Shown piece after piece: positions 1 to 8,101 of a stretch of DNA of 64,000 nt; position 1 is the first letter of the stretch, and every line of letters starts with the position of its first letter. The notes beneath the pieces were generated by a model. The model was given only the letters and a program-made list of their open reading frames with translations, had not been told where the DNA came from and did not search any database. A program made the position numbers and the translations under genes. Origin of the DNA: Caldilineaceae bacterium (GTDB lineage Bacteria; Chloroflexota; Anaerolineae; Caldilineales; Caldilineaceae); contig OZ253474.1 in assembly GCA_965261695.1 (NCBI GenBank), positions 3,411,340 through 3,475,339 on the forward strand. Direction: 5' to 3'.

Positions 1-458
1 TCCCGCCAGACCCGACCGGCGGTGGCGGCGACCCCCTCCCGCCAGACCCGACCGGCGGCAGCGGTAAAACGCTCACCCTGGCCCAGACCCTTGCCGAGTA
101 CGAGCTAATCAAAGCTTTGGCCCCCAATCGCATCATCTTCCACGCCGCCACTCCAATCCAGCTCTGTAAAGTGGACGATGGACTCCAGATCTACTTCGTT
201 AGCAGAAAAGGAAAGACGCGTCTCGGCCCGTGGGTCCCCTCCTTCGCCGAACTGGCCGCAAAATATCCCGATGGCGACGAGGCTTCGATCTACTACGGCT
301 TCAACCCGCTCAACGGCAAACGCGTCAAAATCGACTATCTGCCAGCCGCAAAACGAATTCGCGTAGACACCTTCTACGCCGACAAAGACAAAGATAAAAA
401 CAAACAATACATCTTCCACTTCGGCCCCGAACACGACATCACCTACGACGCCTGGTAA
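1..458 (+). CDS. hypothetical protein, 3' part of a CDS that begins upstream of the window
   Basis: Frame 3 is open from nt 3 to the TAA at 456-458. The listed ORF 117..458 is only its TTG-initiated tail. Pro/Gly repeats PPDPTGGGG / PPDPTGGSG sit at the window edge, followed by a globular C-terminal part. No family recognised. Confidence 0.5.
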   Translation, partial: PPDPTGGGGDPLPPDPTGGSGKTLTLAQTLAEYELIKALAPNRIIFHAATPIQLCKVDDGLQIYFVSRKGKTRLGPWVPSFAELAAKYPDGDEASIYYGFNPLNGKRVKIDYLPAAKRIRVDTFYADKDKDKNKQYIFHFGPEHDITYDAW

Positions 459-765
459 CGCAACAGAGGGGCAAGCCAAGAGCGCCCACCCCTGCCCAGC
501 TCTTGGCAACCCCCTCCTCCCTAGCCGCGCTACCGGCCGGTTGTGATTCTCCAGGCGTTCTGAAAAGTGCGGGACGCTCTCCGGCTTCGGCTGGGGGGCG
601 TTCTTTCTTGTCACAACGACCTTGGCCTTCCCGTGTCAGGGCCGTCTCCTTACCCGACAGGAAGGGGGCGTGCGCCGGCCCGGTTGTTCTGAACTGTGAT
701 TTGCGGGATTAGGGGATTTTCAGAGTCAGGTCATCCACGAAGGACACGAAGGGGCACGAAGAGGA

Positions 766-978
766 ATGTCTGCGCAGACTGACGGGGATAGGCTTGCTCG
801 ATTGGAGGGGGCATACCAACATCTGGCAACCAAGGCGGACATTGAACGGTTGCAAGTCGATCTGATAAAGTGGTCTGTCGGCATAGGACTTGGAATAGCA
901 ACCATTGCATCGGCTGCATCCCGAATTTTTGGGCCTTTGCAATCTGCCCTTTCACCCGACGCAAAAAGGATCCGCTGA
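766..978 (+). CDS. small hypothetical protein (N-terminal coiled coil, hydrophobic C-terminal segment)
   Basis: ATG-initiated 70-aa ORF. LARLEGAYQHLATKADIERLQVDL is helix-like and is followed by a TM-like WSVGIGLGIATIASAASRIFG. RBS support is only modest (GGGG 751-754). No family recognised. Confidence 0.4.
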   Translation: MSAQTDGDRLARLEGAYQHLATKADIERLQVDLIKWSVGIGLGIATIASAASRIFGPLQSALSPDAKRIR

Positions 979-1070
979 ACAGGCTTCAACCGATCGCCTG
1001 CAATCCTGTAAATCCTGATTCAGACAACATCCACCCAAAAATTTGGGACAGACCCCGCAGGGACGACGCA

Positions 1071-1099
1071 TTGTCAAAAAATCCGGATGCTGCTATTCT
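1071..1099 (+). promoter_or_regulatory. sigma70-like promoter candidate upstream of the first Uma2 copy
   Basis: TTGTCA (1071-1076), 17-nt spacer, TATTCT (1094-1099), about 70 nt upstream of ATG 1167. Hexamer match only. Confidence 0.3.
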
Positions 1100-1166
1100 T
1101 GAGCCACGCATGGGCCTGGGACCGGGCTGGCCGCGCTTGTTCTCTGGACAGAGTCAGGAGAGCGAA

Positions 1167-2033
1167 ATGACCGAGAGCGCCGTATCGGCAACTGAATCAT
1201 CTGTGCCCCACCGGAAAACTGCGGTGACCTCCGGCGCGGTGAGGCGGGACAACGACCAGGGCGTTGCGGCCGTTCATCCGCCGCTGACGCCCGCGGATAG
1301 ACGCGTCATCGAGCAACTTGTCACCGAGGACGACACCCCCGTGGATAACCGGTTTTCCGAAAAGCAGCGCCGCCTGCTGACGACGCCCTTGTACAACTCC
1401 TGGGCCGGACCTGGCGGCGGACGCCCGTTCATGGTCGGAGCCGATGTCGGCGTCTTTCTCCACCCCCGCGAAGCGCCGCTCGTCCCCGATGTTTTCCTCA
1501 GCCTCGATGTCATAGAGATAGAGGAGCCGTGGGGCAAGGAGGGACGCAGCTACTTTATCTGGGAGTACAAAAAGGCGCCCGATGTGGTGATCGAGGTGGT
1601 GTCAAACGAGAAAGGCGCTGAGGTTGCGTCCAAGTTCGCTGGCTACGCCCGCTTCGGCGTCCCCTGTTACGTGATATTCGACCCCTTGACGCTGGTGCAG
1701 AAGGAACCGGTACGGGCCTATCAACGTACGCCGGCCGGGGATTACAGGCCGTGCGCCTACGACATACTACCGGGAATTGGGCTGGGTCTGCGGCTGTGGC
1801 GGGGCGGATTCGACAATCTGCATGCAACCTGGTTGCGCTGGCTCGACGCGTCCGGCGAACTCGTTCTCACAGGTGAGGAACGCGCCGACCGGGAAAGAAG
1901 CAGAGCCGACCGGGAAAGAGACAGAGCCGACCAGGAAAGAGACAGAGCCGACCAGGAAAGAAGCAGAGCCGACAGGCTCGCAGCCCGGCTGCGCGCGCAC
2001 GGAATCTCGCCGGACAACGGCATGACGGATTAG
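1167..2033 (+). CDS. Uma2-family (DUF820) PD-(D/E)XK putative endonuclease, tandem copy 1
   Basis: ATG 1167 is preceded by AGGAG (1156-1160). The track start at 870 is an in-frame extension not shared by copies 2-5. Uma2-type motifs: PDVFLSLD, APDVVIEVVSNEKG, KFAGYARFGVPCYVIFDP. Four 21-bp (7-aa RAD[RQ]ER[SD]) repeats at 1887-1970. Confidence 0.85.
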   Translation: MTESAVSATESSVPHRKTAVTSGAVRRDNDQGVAAVHPPLTPADRRVIEQLVTEDDTPVDNRFSEKQRRLLTTPLYNSWAGPGGGRPFMVGADVGVFLHPREAPLVPDVFLSLDVIEIEEPWGKEGRSYFIWEYKKAPDVVIEVVSNEKGAEVASKFAGYARFGVPCYVIFDPLTLVQKEPVRAYQRTPAGDYRPCAYDILPGIGLGLRLWRGGFDNLHATWLRWLDASGELVLTGEERADRERSRADRERDRADQERDRADQERSRADRLAARLRAHGISPDNGMTD

Positions 2034-2100
2034 TTTTGCGTTTATTGGTTCTCAGTTGGGCGACTGGACAGGTGGAGACCTGGCAGGGGAGGCGTGCGAA

Positions 2101-2967
2101 ATGACCGAGAGCGCCGTATCGGCAACTGAATCATCTGTGCCCCACCGGAAAACTGCGGTGACCTCCGGCGCGGTGAGGCGGGACAACGACCAGGGCGTTG
2201 CGGCCGTTCATCCGCCGCTGACGCCCGCGGATAGACGCGTCATCGAGCAACTTGTCACCGAGGACGACACCCCCGTGGATAACCGGTTTTCCGAAAAGCA
2301 GCGCCGCCTGCTGACGACGCCCTTGTACAACTCCTGGGCCGGACCTGGCGGCGGACGTCCGTTCATGGTCGGAGCCGATGTCGGCGTCTTTCTGCACCCC
2401 CGCGAAGCGCCGCTCGTCCCCGATGTTTTCCTCAGCCTCGATGTCATAGAGATACAGGAGCCGTGGGGCAAGGAGGGACGCAGCTACTTTATCTGGGAGT
2501 ACAAAAAGGCGCCCGATGTGGTGATCGAGGTGGTGTCAAACGAGAAAGGCGGTGAGGTTGCGTCCAAGTTCGCTGGCTACGCCCGCTTCGGCGTCCCCTG
2601 TTACGTGATATTCGACCCCTTGACGCTGGTGCAGAAGGAACCGGTACGGGCCTATCAACGTACGCCGGCCGGGGATTACAGGCCGTGCGCCTACGACATA
2701 CTACCGGGAATTGGGCTGGGTCTGCGGCTGTGGCGGGGCGGATTCGACAATCTGCATGCAACCTGGTTGCGCTGGCTCGACGCGTCCGGCGAACTCGTTC
2801 TCACAGGTGAGGAACGCGCCGACCGGGAAAGAAGCAGAGCCGACCGGGAAAGAGACAGAGCCGACCAGGAAAGAGACAGAGCCGACCAGGAAAGAAGCAG
2901 AGCCGACAGGCTCGCAGCCCGGCTGCGCGCGCACGGAATCCCGCCGGACAACGGCATGATGGATTAG
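2101..2967 (+). CDS. Uma2-family putative endonuclease, tandem copy 2
   Basis: ATG 2101 is preceded by GGGGAGG in the conserved 67-nt spacer. Near-identical to copy 1. Four 21-bp repeats at 2821-2904. Confidence 0.85.
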   Translation: MTESAVSATESSVPHRKTAVTSGAVRRDNDQGVAAVHPPLTPADRRVIEQLVTEDDTPVDNRFSEKQRRLLTTPLYNSWAGPGGGRPFMVGADVGVFLHPREAPLVPDVFLSLDVIEIQEPWGKEGRSYFIWEYKKAPDVVIEVVSNEKGGEVASKFAGYARFGVPCYVIFDPLTLVQKEPVRAYQRTPAGDYRPCAYDILPGIGLGLRLWRGGFDNLHATWLRWLDASGELVLTGEERADRERSRADRERDRADQERDRADQERSRADRLAARLRAHGIPPDNGMMD

Positions 2968-3034
2968 TTTTGCGTTTTTTGGTTCTTAGTTGGGCGACTG
3001 GACAGGTGGAGACCTGGCAGGGGAGGGGTGCGAA

Positions 3035-3880
3035 ATGACCGAGAGCGCCGTATCGGCAACTGAATCATCTGTGCCCCACCGGAAAACTGCGGTGACCTCC
3101 GGCGCGGTGAGGCGGGACAACGACCAGGGCGTTGCGGCCGTTCATCCGCCGCTGACGCCCGCGGATAGACGCGTCATCGAGCAACTTGTCACCGAGGACG
3201 ACACCCCCGTGGATAACCGGTTTTCCGAAAAGCAGCGCCGCCTGCTGACGACGCCCTTGTACAACTCCTGGGCCGGACCTGGCGGCGGACGTCCGTTTAT
3301 GGTCGGAGCCGATGTCGGCGTCTTTCTGCACCCCCGCGAAGCGCCGCTCGTCCCCGATGTTTTCCTCAGCCTCGATGTCATAGAGATAGAGGAGCCGTGG
3401 GGCAAGGAGGGACGCAGCTACTTTATCTGGGAGTACAAAAAGGCGCCCGATGTGGTGATCGAGGTGGTGTCAAACGAGAAAGGCGCTGAGGTTGCGTCCA
3501 AGTTCGCTGGCTACGCCCGCTTCGGCGTCCCCTGTTACGTGATATTCGACCCCTTGACGCTGGTGCAGAAGGAACCGGTACGGGCCTATCAACGTACGCC
3601 GGCCGGGGATTACAGGCCGTGCGCCTACGACATACTACCGGGAATTGGGCTGGGTCTGCGGCTGTGGCGGGGCGGATTCGACAATCTGCATGCAACCTGG
3701 TTGCGCTGGCTCGACGCGTCCGGCGAACTCGTTCTCACAGGTGAGGAACGCGCCGACCGGGAAAGAAGCAGAGCCGACCGGGAAAGAGACAGAGCCGACC
3801 AGGCCGAAAGCAGAGCCGACAGGCTCGCAGCCCGGCTGCGCGCGCACGGAATCCCGCCGGACAACGGCATGACGGATTAG
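3035..3880 (+). CDS. Uma2-family putative endonuclease, tandem copy 3
   Basis: ATG 3035 with the same spacer and RBS. Three 21-bp repeats at 3755-3817. Confidence 0.85.
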   Translation: MTESAVSATESSVPHRKTAVTSGAVRRDNDQGVAAVHPPLTPADRRVIEQLVTEDDTPVDNRFSEKQRRLLTTPLYNSWAGPGGGRPFMVGADVGVFLHPREAPLVPDVFLSLDVIEIEEPWGKEGRSYFIWEYKKAPDVVIEVVSNEKGAEVASKFAGYARFGVPCYVIFDPLTLVQKEPVRAYQRTPAGDYRPCAYDILPGIGLGLRLWRGGFDNLHATWLRWLDASGELVLTGEERADRERSRADRERDRADQAESRADRLAARLRAHGIPPDNGMTD

Positions 3881-3947
3881 TTTTGCGTTTTTTGGTTCTT
3901 AGTTGGGCGACTGGACAGGTGGAGACCTGGCAGGGGAGGGGTGCGAA

Positions 3948-4856
3948 ATGACCGAGAGCGCCGTATCGGCAACTGAATCATCTGTGCCCCACCGGAAAAC
4001 TGCGGTGACCTCCGGCGCGGTGAGGCGGGACAACGACCAGGGCGTTGCGGCCGTTCATCCGCCGCTGACGCCCGCGGATAGACGCGTCATCGAGCAACTT
4101 GTCACCGAGGACGACACCCCCGTGGATAACCGGTTTTCCGAAAAGCAGCGCCGCCTGCTGACGACGCCCTTGTACAACTCCTGGGCCGGACCTGGCGGCG
4201 GACGTCCGTTCATGGTCGGAGCCGATGTCGGCGTCTTTCTGCACCCCCGCGAAGCGCCGCTCGTCCCCGATGTTTTCCTCAGCCTCGATGTCATAGAGAT
4301 ACAGGAGCCGTGGGGCAAGGAGGGACGCAGCTACTTTATCTGGGAGTACAAAAAGGCGCCCGATGTGGTGATCGAGGTGGTGTCAAACGAGAAAGGCGGT
4401 GAGGTTGCGTCCAAGTTCGCTGGCTACGCCCGCTTCGGCGTCCCCTGTTACGTGATATTCGACCCCTTGACGCTGCTGCAGAAGGAACCGGTACGGGCCT
4501 ATCAACGTACGCCGGCCGGGGATTACAGGCCGTGCGCCTACGACATACTACCGGGAATTGGGCTGGGTCTGCGGCTGTGGCGGGGCGGATTCGACAATCT
4601 GCATGCAACCTGGTTGCGCTGGCTCGACGCGTCCGGCGAACTCGTTCTCACAGGTGAGGAACGCGCCGACCGGGAAAGAAGCAGAGCCGACCAGGAAAGA
4701 AGCAGAGCCGACCAGGCCGAAAGCAGAGCCGACCAGGAAAGAAGCAAAGCCGACCAGGAAAGAAGCAGAGCCGACCAGGAAAGAAGCAGAGCCGACAGGC
4801 TCGCAGCCCGGCTGCGCGCGCACGGAATCCCGCCGGACAACGGCATGACGGATTAG
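3948..4856 (+). CDS. Uma2-family putative endonuclease, tandem copy 4
   Basis: ATG 3948 with the same spacer and RBS. Six 21-bp repeats at 4668-4793. Confidence 0.85.
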   Translation: MTESAVSATESSVPHRKTAVTSGAVRRDNDQGVAAVHPPLTPADRRVIEQLVTEDDTPVDNRFSEKQRRLLTTPLYNSWAGPGGGRPFMVGADVGVFLHPREAPLVPDVFLSLDVIEIQEPWGKEGRSYFIWEYKKAPDVVIEVVSNEKGGEVASKFAGYARFGVPCYVIFDPLTLLQKEPVRAYQRTPAGDYRPCAYDILPGIGLGLRLWRGGFDNLHATWLRWLDASGELVLTGEERADRERSRADQERSRADQAESRADQERSKADQERSRADQERSRADRLAARLRAHGIPPDNGMTD

Positions 4857-4923
4857 TTTTGCGTTTATTGGTTCTTAGTTGGGCGACTGGACAGGTGGAG
4901 ACCTGGCAGGGGAGGCGTGCGAA

Positions 4924-5811
4924 ATGACCGAGAGCGCCGTATCGGCAACTGAATCATCTGTGCCCCACCGGAAAACTGCGGTGACCTCCGGCGCGGTGAG
5001 GCGGGACAACGACCAGGGCGTTGCGGCCGTTCATCCGCCGCTGACGCCCGCGGATAGACGCGTCATCGAGCAACTTGTCACCGAGGACGACACCCCCGTG
5101 GATAACCGGTTTTCCGAAAAGCAGCGCCGCCTGCTGACGACGCCCTTGTACAACTCCTGGGCCGGACCTGGCGGCGGACGTCCGTTCATGGTCGGAGCCG
5201 ATGTCGGCGTCTTTCTGCACCCCCGCGAAGCGCCGCTCGTCCCCGATGTTTTCCTCAGCCTCGATGTCATAGAGATACAGGAGCCGTGGGGCAAGGAGGG
5301 ACGCAGCTACTTTATCTGGGAGTACAAAAAGGCGCCCGATGTGGTGATCGAGGTGGTGTCAAACGAGAAAGGCGCTGAGGTTGCGTCCAAGTTCGCTGGC
5401 TACGCCCGCTTCGGCGTCCCCTGTTACGTGATATTCGACCCCTTGACGCTGGTGCAGAAGGAACCGGTACGGGCCTATCAACGTACGCCGGCCGGGGATT
5501 ACAGGCCGTGCGCCTACGACATACTACCGGGAATTGGGCTGGGTCTGCGGCTGTGGCGGGGCGGATTCGACAATCTGCATGCAACCTGGTTGCGCTGGCT
5601 CGACGCGTCCGGCGAACTCGTTCTCACAGGTGAGGAACGCGCCGACCGGGAAAGAAGCAGAGCCGACCGGGAAAGAGACAGAGCCGACCAGGAAAGAAGC
5701 AGAGCCGACCAGGAAAGAAGCAGAGCCGACCAGGAAAGAAGCAGAGCCGACAGGCTCGCAGCCCGGCTGCGCGCGCACGGAATCCCGCCGGACAACGGCA
5801 TGACGGATTAG
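4924..5811 (+). CDS. Uma2-family putative endonuclease, tandem copy 5
   Basis: ATG 4924 with the same spacer and RBS. Five 21-bp repeats at 5644-5748. Confidence 0.85.
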   Translation: MTESAVSATESSVPHRKTAVTSGAVRRDNDQGVAAVHPPLTPADRRVIEQLVTEDDTPVDNRFSEKQRRLLTTPLYNSWAGPGGGRPFMVGADVGVFLHPREAPLVPDVFLSLDVIEIQEPWGKEGRSYFIWEYKKAPDVVIEVVSNEKGAEVASKFAGYARFGVPCYVIFDPLTLVQKEPVRAYQRTPAGDYRPCAYDILPGIGLGLRLWRGGFDNLHATWLRWLDASGELVLTGEERADRERSRADRERDRADQERSRADQERSRADQERSRADRLAARLRAHGIPPDNGMTD

Positions 5812-5972
5812 TTTTGCGTTTTTTGGTTCTTAGTTGGGCGACTGGACAGGCTCGGTTTACCAGCATGGATCGGTTTGGCTGTTCAATTGACTACATTGTT
5901 GCGCTAAACGCACAAGAGAATTAGAGCGGAGAAAGTACTGCCCGCCATAGCCTATGCCTTGACGGAGAAAGT

Positions 5973-7010
5973 GTGAGCAGAAATATGCAGGCGCTTGAAG
6001 AATTGCAAAGCCGCGCGCAAGAGGAGTTGGCCGCAACCGACACCGTCGAAGCCACCGAGTCCTGGTTCCGGGACTATCTGGGGCGCAATGGGGCGCTCAC
6101 CGATTTTCTGCGGGGATTGAGCGAGCTTTCGCGCGCCGAGCGCCCGGCGGCCGGCCGCGCCGGCAATGAACTGAAAAATCTACTGGAAGCCGCCCTGCAC
6201 ACCCGCCAGGAGGCGATCCGCCAGCAGGAGATGGTGCAGACGCTGGCCGCCGAGGGCGTGGACGTAACCCTGCCGGGGCGCAAGCCGAACCTGGGCAAGA
6301 TCCATCCGAGCAATCAGACGCTGCGCGAGATTGCGCAGATATTCGGCCAGATGGGCTTCCAGGTTTACGACGCGCCGGAGGTCGAAACCGACGAAAACAA
6401 CTTTGGCCTGCTCAACATCCCGCAGGGACATCCCGCCCGCGATATGTGGGATACATTCTACACAACGACGCCCGGCGTGATCCTGCGCACCCACACCAGC
6501 CCCGGCCAGATCCACGCGATGCGGGAGTACTGCCCCGAGCCGATTCGGGTGATTCTGCCGGGCAAATGTTACCGCCATGAGGACGTCAGCGCCCGCTACG
6601 ACATGATGTTCCACCAGGTGGAGGGGCTGGTCGTCGGCCACAACGTAACCTTCAGCGACCTGAAGGGCACGCTCGTGAACTTCGCCAACCAGATGTTCGG
6701 CCAGGGGCGCAAGCTGCGCTTCCGCAAGAGCTATTTCCCCTTCACCGAGCCTAGTGTCGAGGTGGACGCCGGCTGCGTTCTGTGCGCAGCCGAGGGCTGC
6801 CGCATCTGCAAGCAGACCGGCTGGTTGGAGATTTTAGGCGCGGGGATGGTGCATCCGATCGTGCTGCAAAACGGCGGCTACGACCCGTCTGTCTTCAGCG
6901 GCTTCGCCTTCGGCATGGGGCCGGAGCGGATCGCAATGCTCAAGTACGGCATTGACGACATCCGCTACTTTTTCACCAATGACGTGCGCTTCCTCGAACG
7001 GGTCGGATGA
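5973..7010 (+). CDS. pheS: phenylalanine--tRNA ligase alpha subunit
   Basis: GTG 5973 lies 5 nt after GGAG (alternative ATG at 5985). Class II aaRS motifs are present: HPARDMWDTFY, FRKSYFPFTEPSVEVD, GMVHP, FGMGPERIAMLKYGIDDIR. Confidence 0.95.
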   Translation: MSRNMQALEELQSRAQEELAATDTVEATESWFRDYLGRNGALTDFLRGLSELSRAERPAAGRAGNELKNLLEAALHTRQEAIRQQEMVQTLAAEGVDVTLPGRKPNLGKIHPSNQTLREIAQIFGQMGFQVYDAPEVETDENNFGLLNIPQGHPARDMWDTFYTTTPGVILRTHTSPGQIHAMREYCPEPIRVILPGKCYRHEDVSARYDMMFHQVEGLVVGHNVTFSDLKGTLVNFANQMFGQGRKLRFRKSYFPFTEPSVEVDAGCVLCAAEGCRICKQTGWLEILGAGMVHPIVLQNGGYDPSVFSGFAFGMGPERIAMLKYGIDDIRYFFTNDVRFLERVG

Positions 7011-7072
7011 GTCCGCGGCCAGCAACCCCATTTCTAACTGATCACTGATTGCCGGCCGCCGCGGTTTCAACT

Positions 7073-7858
7073 TCACTCATCCAGCGCCCGGCGCATGCTC
7101 TCACCTTCCTTCAGCCAAAACTGATAGAGGGTGTCGATTTCAGTGCCGATGCAGAAGTGGCGCGCGCCCATGTCCAGATAGTGCTTGGCCTCGTCTGCGC
7201 TGCTGATTTCGATGCGGGGAATGACGCCCGCCGCCAGGCAGGATTCGATCACGCGCTTCTCACCGGCCTGCACGCGCGCATCCTTACTCTTAGGGGAAAC
7301 ACCGATGCTCATCGAGAAATCGGACGGCCCCCATTGGAGCATTTCTATCCCGTCCACGGCCAGGATCTCGTCGAGTTCATCCAGGGCCGGTTTCTTCTCC
7401 AGCATCAGCGCGACGACAATCTTGCTGAGCGCCTGCACATAGGCCTCATCGCCGCCATACCCCATATAGGAGAACCGGCGGGTGGCCACGCCGTATGTGC
7501 CGCCTATTTGAGGCGAGTCGGCGCGCACGTAGCTGACACAGTCGCGCGCGCCTTCAGCCGAGCGCACGTCGGAAAAGAGGACACTATTGAAACCGGAGCC
7601 CACGGCCCGCTGGGCGACATACTCGTTGTTGGCCCAGTCGATCTTGATCATCGCGCCCAGATTGTGCAGTTCGGCGGCGCGGCAAATGTTGTCCAGATCG
7701 TGCAGCGTATAGGTTCCGTACTCAGCCACAAATTCGACATAGTCGTAAAGCCCTGTGTGGCCCAGAACTTCCACGATGTTCGGCCAGACGGTATGGATGT
7801 GCGTTGCCAGCGTTGGTTTGCCCTGATCGAGCAGGTTGCGAATGATATTCGCGCGCAT
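7073..7858 (-). CDS. HpcH/HpaI-family aldolase (2-keto-3-deoxy-acid aldolase type)
   Basis: Start set at the internal ATG 7858 (MRANIIRNLLDQGKP...), giving 261 aa, the usual family length. The upstream part of ORF 7073..8089 is Arg-rich and atypical. TIM-barrel aldolase pattern with ...YVEFVAEYG..., ...MIKID..., ...EMLQWGPSDFS... Confidence 0.75.
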   Translation of the reverse strand: MRANIIRNLLDQGKPTLATHIHTVWPNIVEVLGHTGLYDYVEFVAEYGTYTLHDLDNICRAAELHNLGAMIKIDWANNEYVAQRAVGSGFNSVLFSDVRSAEGARDCVSYVRADSPQIGGTYGVATRRFSYMGYGGDEAYVQALSKIVVALMLEKKPALDELDEILAVDGIEMLQWGPSDFSMSIGVSPKSKDARVQAGEKRVIESCLAAGVIPRIEISSADEAKHYLDMGARHFCIGTEIDTLYQFWLKEGESMRRALDE

Positions 7859-8101
7859 TGTAGAGTTCTCCGGGTGGGTTGGCGTTCTGACGGTTCGCCG
7901 GTACAGAGGCCAGCCTGAGCGAGAAGTGAGTTGCGAGGAGAGAGAGTTCGCTCTCCTTGGCTGTATCCAGTATAGCACAGCAGATAGGTGAAGCACATTC
8001 GCGGGCAAAAGCCCTGGTCTGTCGACGCGGGCGGCTCGCCTGCGCTTACGCAGTGCGAAATACAATTTGCAGCACGAGCGGGCCTTCATCGTGAACGCAC
8101 A

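Larger units (their letters stand above)
1143..5850 (+). repeat. tandem direct repeat array, 5 units of 913-976 bp (gene plus 67-nt spacer) and a truncated sixth spacer
   Basis: Start codons at 1167, 2101, 3035, 3948 and 4924. The spacer ...GATTAGTTTTGCGTTT(A/T)TTGGTTCT(C/T)AGTTGGGCGACTGGACAGG recurs after every copy, and after copy 5 homology stops at 5850. The word CTGGACAG is also present at 1143-1150. Confidence 0.95.

Noticed and set aside
1027-1058. TIR-like sequence CATCCACCCAAAAATTTGGGACAGACCCC upstream of the Uma2 array, resembling the element end CATCCCAAATTTTTGGGGAACGTGCCCC
   Set aside because: The similarity is patchy and needs indels. There is no partner terminus or TSD nearby. 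It may simply be a CCCAAA/TTTGGG palindrome.
870-1166. N-terminal extension of Uma2 copy 1 (track ORF starts at 870), and the TTG-initiated MGDWTGGDLAGE extensions of copies 2-5
   Set aside because: The extension of copy 1 is not shared by the other copies. All five share ATG...MTESAVSATESS preceded by a purine-rich RBS, and the extension of copy 1 also overlaps the small ORF 766..978.
5812-5972. Possible T-box or attenuator leader upstream of pheS (AATTAGAGCGG resembles the start of the T-box motif)
   Set aside because: The remainder of the T-box consensus (GGTGGTACCGCG) is absent. The available leader is too short for stem I, a specifier and an antiterminator, and no terminator hairpin with a U-run precedes the start codon.
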